From: a virus
IMG/VR virus record: IMGVR_UViG_3300020596_000020
Location: 17,645-81,644 of that record
Strand: one strand, 5' to 3'
Length of the DNA stretch: 64,000 nucleotides
The position numbers were made by a program, and so were the translations under genes. Positions 38,607-48,228 of the stretch are shown in pieces; position 1 is the first letter of the stretch, and every line of letters begins with the position of its first letter. The notes below the pieces were generated by a model. It worked only from the letters and a program-made list of their open reading frames with translations. It did not search any database and was not told the DNA's origin.

Positions 38607-38891
38607 CTAGCCGCTCGTGCTCATTTCAATCTGCTGATCCAGTTGCTCGTCGAGCGTATGAACCTGTTCGCAGAGCTCGCGAATAATCTCGAACAAGAAT
38701 TTCGTCTCAACGTCGTGATGCGTGCTCAACTTTTTGTACTCAATTGCCCAAGCATCCTCTCCAATGGGAGATGACTCATTATCAAGCTTGGATAGCGGCA
38801 TCCAAGTTTCAGGATTGTCTATGCCTTCACGAAGTAGGATCTCGACGCGTTGCGCGATGTTAAGCGACTTCTTCTCTTTTTTAATCGCCAA
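38607..38891 (-). CDS. hypothetical protein
   Basis: 94-aa ORF. Confidence 0.6.
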   Translation of the reverse strand: MAIKKEKKSLNIAQRVEILLREGIDNPETWMPLSKLDNESSPIGEDAWAIEYKKLSTHHDVETKFLFEIIRELCEQVHTLDEQLDQQIEMSTSG

Positions 38892-39177
38892 AGAATCCTC
38901 CTGAACTCTGTGCTGGAAGTTTGAAACCGTTCATTAGCGACTTGAGACACGACTCGCATAACGAGAATGTATACGTCATGTCGTCGGGTAAGTCCGAAAA
39001 ATAGCCAGTCGTGAAGCTGGTCTCGATGAGACCATACCAACTACGTTTCCAAGTCCAATCGTTCTTATACATCTCTTCTTGCTGAGAGGTCGAGCAAAGC
39101 TCGGAACAATTGTTACAACGAATTTCGTCAACAACCTCGATCTCTTCTGTCACAACGATCTTTTTAACGGTTTTCAA
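38881..39177 (-). CDS. Zn-finger hypothetical protein
   Basis: CNNC...LCESC. Confidence 0.65.
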   Translation of the reverse strand: MKTVKKIVVTEEIEVVDEIRCNNCSELCSTSQQEEMYKNDWTWKRSWYGLIETSFTTGYFSDLPDDMTYTFSLCESCLKSLMNGFKLPAQSSGGFFGD

Positions 39178-39443
39178 TCTTCCTCCTCAGGCCCAAGGAA
39201 CTTCTTGAACCACTCAACGACCTCGTCGTCGTCTCCGATCATGAGCCATGAGGCGTCGTAATGAAGGCTAGCATACTGCTCGCTTCGCCAACGCCAAAAC
39301 ATGAACGCTTCCGCCGCGCTCAACTCGGCGAACATGCGTGCTCGTAGAACATTACGAATGCGTGAGATATCGGCGATCCCACCCCAATTGCCCCAGCCGG
39401 TGAGGAACAAGAATCTCTGATCCACACGTTGTTGAATTGTCAT
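39174..39443 (-). CDS. hypothetical protein
   Basis: 89-aa coupled ORF. Confidence 0.6.
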   Translation of the reverse strand: MTIQQRVDQRFLFLTGWGNWGGIADISRIRNVLRARMFAELSAAEAFMFWRWRSEQYASLHYDASWLMIGDDDEVVEWFKKFLGPEEED

Positions 39444-40249
39444 CGGATGATCAGCTCCCCCACCTTACCGCGACCCATACCGTTGCTGTTGATCGAGCGA
39501 CGCGCCTGCACCTCATACAAATCGAACATCTTATAGAGCTCGCGCACGAGCGGTGTGTCCGAGTTGGACAACATAACATGTACGCCACGCGACTTTAGAT
39601 CAAGCGCAAGGTCACGCAAACGCAGCTGCTCGGGCGCACCGAACCCGTTGGCTGTGTAATCAACGAAGCTCGTTGCAGTCAGCGGGATGTACGGAGGATC
39701 GAAGTAGACTAGGTCACCTTCACTAGTGTGCTTGTCGACGTCGCCGAAATCCTCGGTGTTGAGATACAAATTCGGCGCGCGTAAAGCGATCGAACACGCC
39801 ATCAGATTCGCCTCGTCGAGGAACATGCCGGACCGATCGCCCCCGTACGGGACGTTCATGCCGCCGCCGGCGTTCTCACGCCAGAGACCGTTGAAACACG
39901 TCTTGTTGAGGAAGATAAACCGAGCCGCAGCCTCGGGCTCTGCGAAGAACACGGACCCTTCCTGATTCAGGAGATCACGCTGTTCGTAATAACACTTCTT
40001 CGTGCGCTTAAAGGTGCGCATGTGAGAGACGACTTCTTGTAGATCCTCTTTAATACAGCGGAAGGCGTTGACGAGACGCGGGTTGAAGTCAGACAGATAC
40101 GCCGTCTTCGGCGCGAGCGCGAAGAACAGGGCGCCACCGCCGAGGAACGGCTCGTGGTAAGTCTTGAACTCCTTGGGAGCGAGCTCGAGAAGGTGTGGCA
40201 AAAGTTGAGTTTTTCCTCCAACCCAACGCAAAAAAGGTTTCATTTTCAT
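39440..40249 (-). CDS. dam: Dam-family DNA adenine methyltransferase
   Basis: RWVGGK, EPFLGGGA, FNGLWREN, YFDPPY, SNS. Confidence 0.93.
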   Translation of the reverse strand: MKMKPFLRWVGGKTQLLPHLLELAPKEFKTYHEPFLGGGALFFALAPKTAYLSDFNPRLVNAFRCIKEDLQEVVSHMRTFKRTKKCYYEQRDLLNQEGSVFFAEPEAAARFIFLNKTCFNGLWRENAGGGMNVPYGGDRSGMFLDEANLMACSIALRAPNLYLNTEDFGDVDKHTSEGDLVYFDPPYIPLTATSFVDYTANGFGAPEQLRLRDLALDLKSRGVHVMLSNSDTPLVRELYKMFDLYEVQARRSINSNGMGRGKVGELIIR

Positions 40250-40417
40250 CCGAACTTCTTCTTAAGCTTCTCGAACGTCTTTCGTTCCTCTTCGACTTCA
40301 CAAACTTTCTTCTCGGCGAGAGCTTCTTGAGCTTTTTTCTCGCGTTCTAGCTTCTTTTTAAGCATTTTACGTTCTATATCTTGCTCGACTGCGATCTCTG
40401 CAAGTAACGAATCTCAC

Positions 40418-41428
40418 TCACTTCAATCTCTCTTTCATCCACTTGATCGTCTTCTCAAGCCCGTCGCGCAGTGACACAGTTGGCCTATACCCCAATGTGA
40501 TACGGGCTAGCGCCAAGCTCGGCTTGCGAACCTTTGGATCGTCGACTGGCAGAGGCTCGTTGACGATGATTAGTCGCGGAAACCACTCCGACAATGCCTC
40601 GGCGAGCTCGATGATCTTGAACTCACCGTCGTTACCGAGATTGACTGGCGCGCTCGGCGGCTTCGGCGTCTCCCCCAGTTTGCGTAGCCCAGTGACGAGG
40701 TCGCTGACGTAGCAGAAGCTCCTCGTTTGGTCGCCGGCGCCGTACACTGTGAGCGGCTCGCCGCGGATCGCCTGACGGATGAAGTTGCTAACTACACGCC
40801 CATCATCTGGGTCCATACGCGGACCATAAGTGTTGAAGATGCGCGCAACACGGACATTCGTGTTTGCTTGGAGGAACTCGTAGCAGAGCGTCTCGGCACA
40901 ACGCTTACCTTCGTCGTAGCAAGAGCGAGGACCCCAAGTGTTGACGTTACCCCAATATGCTTCGGTCTGTGGGTGCTCGAGCGGGTCCCCGTAGATCTCG
41001 CTCGTCGAGGCTTGCACGAAAGCGGCTTTGTGCGCTCGAGCAACCGCGAGCAAATTGGCTGTGCCCACCACGTTTGTCATGATCGTGCTGAAACCGTCAG
41101 TCTGATAGGCACGCGGCGAAGCTGGGCAAGCAAGGTTGTAGACGACGTCGTAAGTTGTGAGCACTCGACCGTTGTCACGGGCTGTCGAGGTGGTCACCGA
41201 CGCGGACGTGACGTCGCCATAGTTTACCTGCATGAGCTTCTCAGGTTCGCCGTTGAAGTCGGATGCGTTGTCAAACTCATCTAGAAACTTGATGTTCTCA
41301 GGGTTCCCCGTGCTCATGTTATCGATCACGTCAACAAACCACCCAGAGACCACGAGACTCTCCACGAGGTGCGAACCGATGAAGCCGGCTCCGCCGGCCA
41401 CGAGCGCATATTTTCGACCTAGATGCAT
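40418..41428 (-). CDS. UDP-glucuronate (or UDP-GlcNAcA) decarboxylase, UXS-like
   Basis: GGAGFIG, NLACPASP, ASTSEIYGDP, YWGNVN, RSCYDEGKR, RIFNTYGP, DGRVVSNF, QTRSFCY. Confidence 0.92.
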   Translation of the reverse strand: MHLGRKYALVAGGAGFIGSHLVESLVVSGWFVDVIDNMSTGNPENIKFLDEFDNASDFNGEPEKLMQVNYGDVTSASVTTSTARDNGRVLTTYDVVYNLACPASPRAYQTDGFSTIMTNVVGTANLLAVARAHKAAFVQASTSEIYGDPLEHPQTEAYWGNVNTWGPRSCYDEGKRCAETLCYEFLQANTNVRVARIFNTYGPRMDPDDGRVVSNFIRQAIRGEPLTVYGAGDQTRSFCYVSDLVTGLRKLGETPKPPSAPVNLGNDGEFKIIELAEALSEWFPRLIIVNEPLPVDDPKVRKPSLALARITLGYRPTVSLRDGLEKTIKWMKERLK

Positions 41429-41498
41429 ACAGATCAATGTACTGCGTCGTTTACAAGAGGTTACTCTGCTCGATGACTAGGTTAGATTGTAGATTCCG

Positions 41499-41921
41499 AT
41501 GGAGATTGAGTTCGGCACACTCATTGAATGCGACGCCTTCTCGGCGATCGTTGTCGCGTCGAACCTATTGCTTGTGTTTGACATCAAGTTTCCAGACTAT
41601 ATGAACGTCAATGACTTGTTGTGTTTGAATTCGCTCGGGCCAAATGATTGGATGATCAGCGTCTCGATGGATTACGGCGTGTGTGACAACTACTGGATCA
41701 AACGCGATTGGAACGGGGTCATCGAGACGAACCTCGCAGATTATTGGAGCGATTGGTATAATGACGACGACGACTACTATGACTATCTGCGCAATTATGT
41801 GAACGAGGACATCGTTGAATCGTACGACGACTACAAGAGTCTCAGCAGCCCGGCGCACAACCCCAGATGTCACAGAGTCTTTTTCGGTCGAGGCAAGTGG
41901 GGTGGTCGCCGACGTCCGTAA
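41499..41921 (+). CDS. acidic hypothetical protein
   Basis: 140-aa ORF, D/Y/W-rich; 3' end overlaps the convergent gene. Confidence 0.45.
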   Translation: MEIEFGTLIECDAFSAIVVASNLLLVFDIKFPDYMNVNDLLCLNSLGPNDWMISVSMDYGVCDNYWIKRDWNGVIETNLADYWSDWYNDDDDYYDYLRNYVNEDIVESYDDYKSLSSPAHNPRCHRVFFGRGKWGGRRRP

Positions 41922-42444
41922 TGTACGGGTACATAATGGTAGGGGTGTCCTTGCTCGCGTAATGAGCTAGCCCGAGCGCATGCCCGATCTCATGCATCGC
42001 CGTCAGGTAATACATGCGTGGGGCGAGATCGTCTTGGATCCAGATGCGCGAACGACCAGGTCGACCGCTGCTGTCTGCGTTCCACGTCCAGCAGACGCCG
42101 ACCGTACTAGAGGTCTTGTCGACATTTGTCTCGGTATAGATCCAGATCTCGCCGAGCGGCGGGATAGGTCGGTTGTCACCCTTGTATTGGAAATCATCGT
42201 ACGTAACCTCAAAGGCGACCGCGCCCGAGGAGGCGGTCACCCACTCGAACGCTGCATCGAGAATCAGACCTACGCGGTCAGTAGGGACGTCTTTGCTGAC
42301 AACGATCTTGTACAGCTTGACGCTGTCGATTGGCACGTTCCGATCGGTCATGACCACGTCACATTTGTCACGCTCCCCGTCAACACATGACACAAAGAGC
42401 GCGATTAGCAAAATAAAGAAGATGACGAAGCAACGCATAATCAC
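41842..42444 (-). CDS. matrixin-like Zn metalloprotease lipoprotein
   Basis: Lipobox FVSC; HEIGHALGLAH and Met-turn IMYP. Confidence 0.85.
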   Translation of the reverse strand: MIMRCFVIFFILLIALFVSCVDGERDKCDVVMTDRNVPIDSVKLYKIVVSKDVPTDRVGLILDAAFEWVTASSGAVAFEVTYDDFQYKGDNRPIPPLGEIWIYTETNVDKTSSTVGVCWTWNADSSGRPGRSRIWIQDDLAPRMYYLTAMHEIGHALGLAHYASKDTPTIMYPYITDVGDHPTCLDRKRLCDIWGCAPGC

Positions 42445-42463
42445 ATGCTAGCTCTGGCTCAAC

Positions 42464-42862
42464 TTAGTCGTTCTTATGTTTATCAGCCGAAGCGTACTTT
42501 GTGTTCGTTTTTTCGACTAAATTCAGTACTTTTTCGTAAAGCTTAGACTTGTCGATCTCCGCCGCAAGATTCTTGCTGTGGTTGCGCGCGTACAGATTAA
42601 CCACGCCAGCCCAGTCGACGTCGACGCCGCGCTCAGACCATGCGTTGTGTAGTTGCTTGGCCATCGCTTCGTATTTCTTGTCAGTGATTTTCTCAGCGAA
42701 GTCGTCGTCGAAACTACGGAACTCGACGACGTTGCTACAACCGAGACCATCTTTGGTAGGCTCGTCAATCTCAAGCACCGGATTCACAGAGGTGCTGCTC
42801 ATCGTCTCACGTACGAGCGCTCGGAGTTCAGACACTTTGATGCGGATCTTCTTGTCGCTCAT
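42464..42862 (-). CDS. hypothetical protein with N-terminal LRxxVRE motif
   Basis: MSDKKIRIKVSELRALVRETM. Confidence 0.65.
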   Translation of the reverse strand: MSDKKIRIKVSELRALVRETMSSTSVNPVLEIDEPTKDGLGCSNVVEFRSFDDDFAEKITDKKYEAMAKQLHNAWSERGVDVDWAGVVNLYARNHSKNLAAEIDKSKLYEKVLNLVEKTNTKYASADKHKND

Positions 42863-42881
42863 GCCAGATGGTTCCCTATCA

Positions 42882-43408
42882 TTAGGTAGCAACGAACTCA
42901 TCCCAAGACTCGTGCCAATCATCACGCGTCGACTGTCTTCGCATGTCAGAAAGCCAAAAATGTGTGACGGTCGGTAATCCAGGCTTGCAATGTAAATGCA
43001 TGTCGGCCTTCTCGAGGGTCTTGTTGTCCTTGCGACGGTTGCAAGACTTACACGCGGTCACGCAGTTGATCCAATTGGTTCTTGCCGTCGCGTGACCGCG
43101 GGACGACATGGTCGATGGTCGCTTCCCTAAACGTCAGGTTGCGACCGCAGTACTGACAGGAGTAATCATCGCGCGATAACACGACACTACGATTGTACCA
43201 CACATCTTGTGCGCGCGAGAATGAAGTTCTTAAGTCTCAAGATGGCCGGTGTCTGGAGACCGGTGACGATGCAATCGTCGCCCCACTACGACACCACGTT
43301 CACACATTCGCATCGGATCAACGAGTACATGCGTCGATAGTTCACTAACACGATGGGTTCGTGGATCGTGCTGATGAGGAGGGCTCTCCTCGCTTTGCGT
43401 GCGCGCAT
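42882..43408 (-). pseudogene. HNH endonuclease pseudogene
   Basis: RALLI...VVS*WGDD...TPAILRL / fs / RDDYSCQYCG...TIDHVVPRSRDGK / fs / TNWINCVTACKSCNRRKDNKT; one TAG (43286-43288) and two frameshifts. Confidence 0.8.
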
Positions 43409-43409
43409 C

Positions 43410-44210
43410 TCACCAGAGAGTAGGCGTCCAGGAGACGATCTGCGGATGCCCGTATCGAGCCTCCGCCGTTTGAACAACCAGGTTGTCTAGACGCTTGTGG
43501 AAAGCGCGGCTGTGTGTGTGCCCACAGAGCACCTCAAACTTGACCCAGAAATACTCACGCGCCACCTGCTCGAGAACATCGCCGATGACACGCGACGTGA
43601 ACCACGGCTGCGCGTAATCGTCGCCCGGCCGACCCATGTGCAATGCGGCCTCAGTGTATGGTGGCACATGTGTGATGACGATGACACGATTGTTTTTCGC
43701 CTCGCACGCCGCGCGCAGCTTCGCCTCGAGGATCTTGGCGCGACCGTCGGCGATCTCAGCACTCACGACACGCTCGTTCTTACCCTTGTACTCTGCGATG
43801 TAAAACCAGTCGTTCAGGATCATCTTGGGGTTGCCTTGCAGACCATTGCGACCATCGTACCATCCGCTGTCGCCAACAACACATAGATCTTCCTCGATTT
43901 GCACACGGTCAACAAGATCCATGAAGACCGAGTGGCCCTGCACGAGACCGTGAGACCGCAGGTCACGCTCACACTGGACAAACGAGCTACCCCAACGGTC
44001 GTGATTGCCGAGCACGTAAAGCATCTTGCCGCGACCGGCCTGCCCGAGACCGTCAATGTGTTCGAACAGTCGTCGCGACGAGGTAATGTCGCCGGTGACG
44101 AGCAACGTCGTGTCCATCGTGGTGTTGTCGCGAACCGTCTGGAAGAACTGCTCGAGTTCTTCGGGACTAAGGTGATCTAAATGCGGGTCGCTGACCCAAG
44201 AGTAATTCAT
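43410..44210 (-). CDS. calcineurin-like metallophosphoesterase
   Basis: SDPH, TGDI, LGNHD, THVPP, CGHTH. Confidence 0.9.
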   Translation of the reverse strand: MNYSWVSDPHLDHLSPEELEQFFQTVRDNTTMDTTLLVTGDITSSRRLFEHIDGLGQAGRGKMLYVLGNHDRWGSSFVQCERDLRSHGLVQGHSVFMDLVDRVQIEEDLCVVGDSGWYDGRNGLQGNPKMILNDWFYIAEYKGKNERVVSAEIADGRAKILEAKLRAACEAKNNRVIVITHVPPYTEAALHMGRPGDDYAQPWFTSRVIGDVLEQVAREYFWVKFEVLCGHTHSRAFHKRLDNLVVQTAEARYGHPQIVSWTPTLW

Positions 44211-44215
44211 AATTA

Positions 44216-44815
44216 TTAGAAGTTACCACGTACGGGCGGGAAATTGTTCTCTTCTAACGTCATAGACAGGCTTTTCCATGACGTGACGCGTCGGATGCCA
44301 GCTCCAAGCTTGACGCGGTTCCATGGTTGATCGAAAAGGATCGGAAGCGGACCTTTGCAACCATCAAAAATGCGTTCTCCGCGGTAGTATGCCCACTTTT
44401 CGATGTTTTCCACCTTGTCGTCGACAAGGATATCGGAGTCGAAGAACTCCTTCTGACTAAGGAAACAGACGTTCTTGCGCGACAGGCCAAGATTCTCGAC
44501 CATCCAGTCCTCACGACCCTCGTACCAATGCAGCACGTCGTACGGGGCAGTGACGATCATCACTGTGTACTCCTCCTGTGCCGCGCGACCGAACTCAATC
44601 GCTCCAGGGTAGGCTTGCATGTTTCGACAGAAGTCGGGCTGTGCAACGATCTCTCGTCTGTACATCGTCTCTAACTTCTCGTCGTCGTCGAAGACACTCC
44701 AGTTAGTAACGTCAGCGAGCGTTTTAAAACGACCGTGGGAGTTGATAAACTTCAGAGCCGGGGTCGTAAAATCGACCAACACACCATCCGCATCAAGTGC
44801 GAGGACAGGTTTCAT
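44216..44815 (-). CDS. 5'(3')-deoxyribonucleotidase (HAD)
   Basis: LDADGVLVDF, IVTAP, LVDDK, FDQPWN. Confidence 0.88.
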   Translation of the reverse strand: MKPVLALDADGVLVDFTTPALKFINSHGRFKTLADVTNWSVFDDDEKLETMYRREIVAQPDFCRNMQAYPGAIEFGRAAQEEYTVMIVTAPYDVLHWYEGREDWMVENLGLSRKNVCFLSQKEFFDSDILVDDKVENIEKWAYYRGERIFDGCKGPLPILFDQPWNRVKLGAGIRRVTSWKSLSMTLEENNFPPVRGNF

Positions 44816-44836
44816 GCTGCGAACATAGTTCTCTGC

Positions 44837-46138
44837 TTAGATCGTGACGAGAATGATGTCTTTTCGTAGCTTTGACGCGTCAACGACGCCTTTGAGGTCC
44901 AAAAGAACGCCGTTCGGTGCAAGACACACGTTTGCACGGTCTTCAAGTGTGTCGAGGTACGTTGCGTGCGGCACTGCCACGACGAGCGCGTCTAGATTTC
45001 GTTTTTCGAACACAGCAACACATGACTCTTTTGTGCCTGTAAACTTGTATGTGTCGTCGCTTGGATCAATCGCCAACGGGTTATAGGTGATGGAAGCGAT
45101 CGGATCATGCACACTGACTTCACATCCACGGGCGCGCAAGGATTTCACTAGGTCAACAACTTTGCTGTTACGCGTGTCCTTCACACCTTTCTTGAACGTG
45201 TAACCCAGCACCCCTACTTTGGCGCCGCGGTAGAAACCGCGTGTGGAAGCCTCGAGCGAGCTGATGAGCCGTTTCGCGACGTGTTTCGGCATGTGCTCAT
45301 TGACACGACGCGCCAAAGACGCGAGTCTAAGCGGCTCACCGACGCTATCGGCGAGCATCATGAGGTAGTACGGGTCGACGCCGACGCAGTGACCGCCGAC
45401 GAGTCCTGGCTTAAACTTGAGAAAGTTCCACTTCGTCCCAGCTGCTTCAAGCACGTCCTTCGTGTTGATATCGACCTTGTTGAAAAGCTTGGCGAGTTCG
45501 TTTACAAGTGCAATGTTGACATCGCGTTGGATGTTCTCGATGAGCTTCGCGGCTTCGGCGACGCGTATGGTGGGCGCCTTGTGAATCTCCGTCACCTCAC
45601 TATACACGGCCGCGACGCGTTCGAGCGTCTCCGCGTCCTCGCCTGCGACGATCTTGACAACTTTCTCGAGTGTGTGCTCGACATCGCCAGGGTTAATGCG
45701 CTTCGGCGAGTAACCTAATCTGAAGTCTTTTCGGTCGAGCTTCGACGCCAGAACAGGAGCACAGATGTCCTCCGTCACGCCAGGGAAGACCGTTGACTCG
45801 TAAACGACGACGTCGCCTTTTTTGAGCATTGTGGCGACGATCTCAGACGCTCTCAGTAGAGGACTGAAATCTGGGGACTTGTCGTCGTTGATCGGAGTGG
45901 GAACGGCGACGATGTAAAAGGTCGTCTCCGCCATGTCGGTGAAGTTGCACGCGAACTTCAGAGTCGTGTTGCAGAGTTTCTCAAGTGGAGTCTCGCCTGT
46001 CCGATCGTGCCCACGCATGAGTTCGGCGATCCGCACAGTATCGACGTCGTACCCGATGACGTCAGGAAACTTGTGCGCGAGCGCTAGCGCCAACGAGAGC
46101 CCGACGTAACCAAGACCAATAACCGCGATCCGTTCCAT
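44837..46138 (-). CDS. UDP-N-acetylhexosamine 6-dehydrogenase (TviB/WbpO-like)
   Basis: GLGYVG, VPTP, YESTV, YSP(K)RINPG, ENIQRDVNIA, GGHCVGVDPYYL, FK..DTRNS; start MERIAV has an SD. Confidence 0.9.
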   Translation of the reverse strand: MERIAVIGLGYVGLSLALALAHKFPDVIGYDVDTVRIAELMRGHDRTGETPLEKLCNTTLKFACNFTDMAETTFYIVAVPTPINDDKSPDFSPLLRASEIVATMLKKGDVVVYESTVFPGVTEDICAPVLASKLDRKDFRLGYSPKRINPGDVEHTLEKVVKIVAGEDAETLERVAAVYSEVTEIHKAPTIRVAEAAKLIENIQRDVNIALVNELAKLFNKVDINTKDVLEAAGTKWNFLKFKPGLVGGHCVGVDPYYLMMLADSVGEPLRLASLARRVNEHMPKHVAKRLISSLEASTRGFYRGAKVGVLGYTFKKGVKDTRNSKVVDLVKSLRARGCEVSVHDPIASITYNPLAIDPSDDTYKFTGTKESCVAVFEKRNLDALVVAVPHATYLDTLEDRANVCLAPNGVLLDLKGVVDASKLRKDIILVTI

Positions 46139-46210
46139 TAATACTCCTTGACGAGGTTGAAATACAGCGAGACGACAAGTGTTATTAAAGAACAACGACG
46201 CCGATTATAT

Positions 46211-46489
46211 TCACGTCGAGCCAATCTTGTCGTTGGCGTTTCTCGTCTGCTTCGAGATCTCACCTGCTCGATCAAGCAAGTCAGCGATGTTACGTTCGAG
46301 ACGTACGCGACAACTAGGCGTGAGCGTGAGCAACTGTGTCTCCTGACCGATGGAAGGAGTCACATCGGTCGGGTCCGGCTCGACCTCAAGCTGACGGAGA
46401 TGATCCACCACGTCGGTGCCGGTAAGCATGCCGAGTTGAACAGAGTTAGCGACGGCGGCGAGAACTTCATCTGCGAACGTGAACTTCAT
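46211..46489 (-). CDS. hypothetical protein
   Basis: VQLGMLTGTDVVDHLRQL; 92 aa. Confidence 0.65.
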   Translation of the reverse strand: MKFTFADEVLAAVANSVQLGMLTGTDVVDHLRQLEVEPDPTDVTPSIGQETQLLTLTPSCRVRLERNIADLLDRAGEISKQTRNANDKIGST

Positions 46490-46502
46490 TGGTTTCCTTG
46501 TT

Positions 46503-47150
46503 TCAGGCGATCGAGTAGATCGCGGTTAGAACATCTTGATGCACGATCGATATCGGAGCGTCCGAGGTGACCGCGATCGAGTTGTTTTCGTGGGTGATTA
46601 CCCATAGAACATAATGCAACGCCACACTCTTCTGGAATTTCTTGTCTTTCTCGTACACGTCCTGAGCTCCTGAACGCTTGCATGTGCCGTGGAATACGAG
46701 AACTGCGTGAGGTTCGTGCATGAGAGCAACGCACGCGTTCGTGAGTCTCTCGTTCGCCCCTCCGGCGAGCCCGTAGGCCCACATTGAGGCGTGCCAGCGG
46801 TCGAGAAGCACGTAGTCGTGCTTTCTTAGCATCGCTGGTAAGATGAACCATTGAAAGACAAGCTTGTCGATGCACTGAACGACTTGGAAAAGATTCGGCC
46901 AGCGGACGGCGCGACCGTCGATGAGCATGCGCTTAATCAGCGCGCCCGTCACGGTGTTATACGCGGGGAGCTTCGCGACGGCAACCTTGTTCCCGACTTT
47001 TGTTAGCGCTTGCGCGAGAAGAGCAACATGAGTTGATTTTCCCACGCCATCGTTTCCTTCGAAACTTATGATTTTACACGCGCTTCTCGCGTGGGTCTTG
47101 TCGCTCTCGTAGACGCCTATTAATTCAACCTTATTACCTTGGCCTGTCAT
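46503..47150 (-). CDS. tmk: thymidylate kinase
   Basis: ISFEGNDGVGKSTH, LLDRWHASMWAYG, DVYE. Confidence 0.85.
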   Translation of the reverse strand: MTGQGNKVELIGVYESDKTHARSACKIISFEGNDGVGKSTHVALLAQALTKVGNKVAVAKLPAYNTVTGALIKRMLIDGRAVRWPNLFQVVQCIDKLVFQWFILPAMLRKHDYVLLDRWHASMWAYGLAGGANERLTNACVALMHEPHAVLVFHGTCKRSGAQDVYEKDKKFQKSVALHYVLWVITHENNSIAVTSDAPISIVHQDVLTAIYSIA

Positions 47151-47220
47151 GTGTTGACAAGGTTAGAATGTCTCAGTCTAGTGTTCGATTGAAAGGTGAA
47201 AGTGTTGTAGCATTCATTTC

Positions 47221-47766
47221 ATGAACCGTATCGGCATCGTCCCCATGTCTGCTAAGCCGTATCACGCCGGTCACGACGCTCTCATTAGACTCGCAAGCTT
47301 CGAATGTGAGCAAGTCATCGTGTTCGTCTCTACAGGTGACCGGGTTCGTAAGGGAGAGTATCCCATTATGGCGAATGTCATGCGAAAGCTTTGGGACGAC
47401 GTCATTCTTCCGTCTCTTCCCGAAAAGGTGTTTGTCGTGTTCGTCTCAAACCCAGTCGGGGCGACGTACGAGCTCATCGGAGATCGTAACGAAGCGCCGA
47501 AGCTTAACGACGACGAGACGCTCGTCATCTACTCGGATCCGGTAGACATGGATCGCAACTTCCCAGAATGCAGTCTCTTCAAGTACGGTGGCAATCTCAC
47601 GACCAAGCGATTGCTCGCTCGTCGTCATGTCCCACGTGACACCACTGTCAATGTCAGCGGCACGCAGATGCGAGCTTGGCTACAACATGGTGACAAGTTG
47701 AAGTTCATCGCCAACATGCCGACGTCGATCGATGGGGAAGCAGTCTGGGCCGCGCTCAGTCGTTAG
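47221..47766 (+). CDS. HIGH-motif cytidylyltransferase-like nucleotidyltransferase
   Basis: KPYHAGH and VSGTQMR motifs. Confidence 0.82.
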   Translation: MNRIGIVPMSAKPYHAGHDALIRLASFECEQVIVFVSTGDRVRKGEYPIMANVMRKLWDDVILPSLPEKVFVVFVSNPVGATYELIGDRNEAPKLNDDETLVIYSDPVDMDRNFPECSLFKYGGNLTTKRLLARRHVPRDTTVNVSGTQMRAWLQHGDKLKFIANMPTSIDGEAVWAALSR

Positions 47767-47778
47767 CTATATAAAACA

Positions 47779-48228
47779 ATGAACGAGACTCATTTACGAA
47801 AGTACGTTAGAGCTGTACTAGACGAAGGTGACAAGGTTATCCCTATGCGAAAAGAGAAATCTTTCACTTCACCACCCGAAACTGATCTTAGAAAGACACA
47901 TTCACTTTCTATCAAACTATTCAAAAAGCTTCAAACTATTCTCTCAAGTGAGAATATGTCAAAAACTGAGCCTCAACAAATCATTTTGGATGATGATGAA
48001 CTTCTTCAGCTCTTGATCGCATGTGAACACGGTGATACCAGAGCTATTGAGGCTGCTTCGTTGTATGTTGAGCTTCTTGGCTATTATGAGGAAATGCCAT
48101 TTGACACGATTTTAGATGTCATTGAAGGCGAGATAAACAGCGATTTGAACACTCAAGCAAGACAGTTGACAACAGATTACTCTGGTACACCAGGTAGCGC
48201 TGACCACCATCTTACCAAGATCAAGTGA
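47779..48228 (+). CDS. hypothetical protein with N-terminal LRxYVRxxLxE motif
   Basis: MNETHLRKYVRAVLDEG; TATATA upstream. Confidence 0.65.
   Translation: MNETHLRKYVRAVLDEGDKVIPMRKEKSFTSPPETDLRKTHSLSIKLFKKLQTILSSENMSKTEPQQIILDDDELLQLLIACEHGDTRAIEAASLYVELLGYYEEMPFDTILDVIEGEINSDLNTQARQLTTDYSGTPGSADHHLTKIK

Noticed and set aside
27846-43288. Genome-wide stop-codon reassignment
   Set aside because: Only two in-frame stops were found, one TGA and one TAG (the TAG in a frameshifted pseudogene). Core genes are intact in code 11 and all three stops terminate genes.
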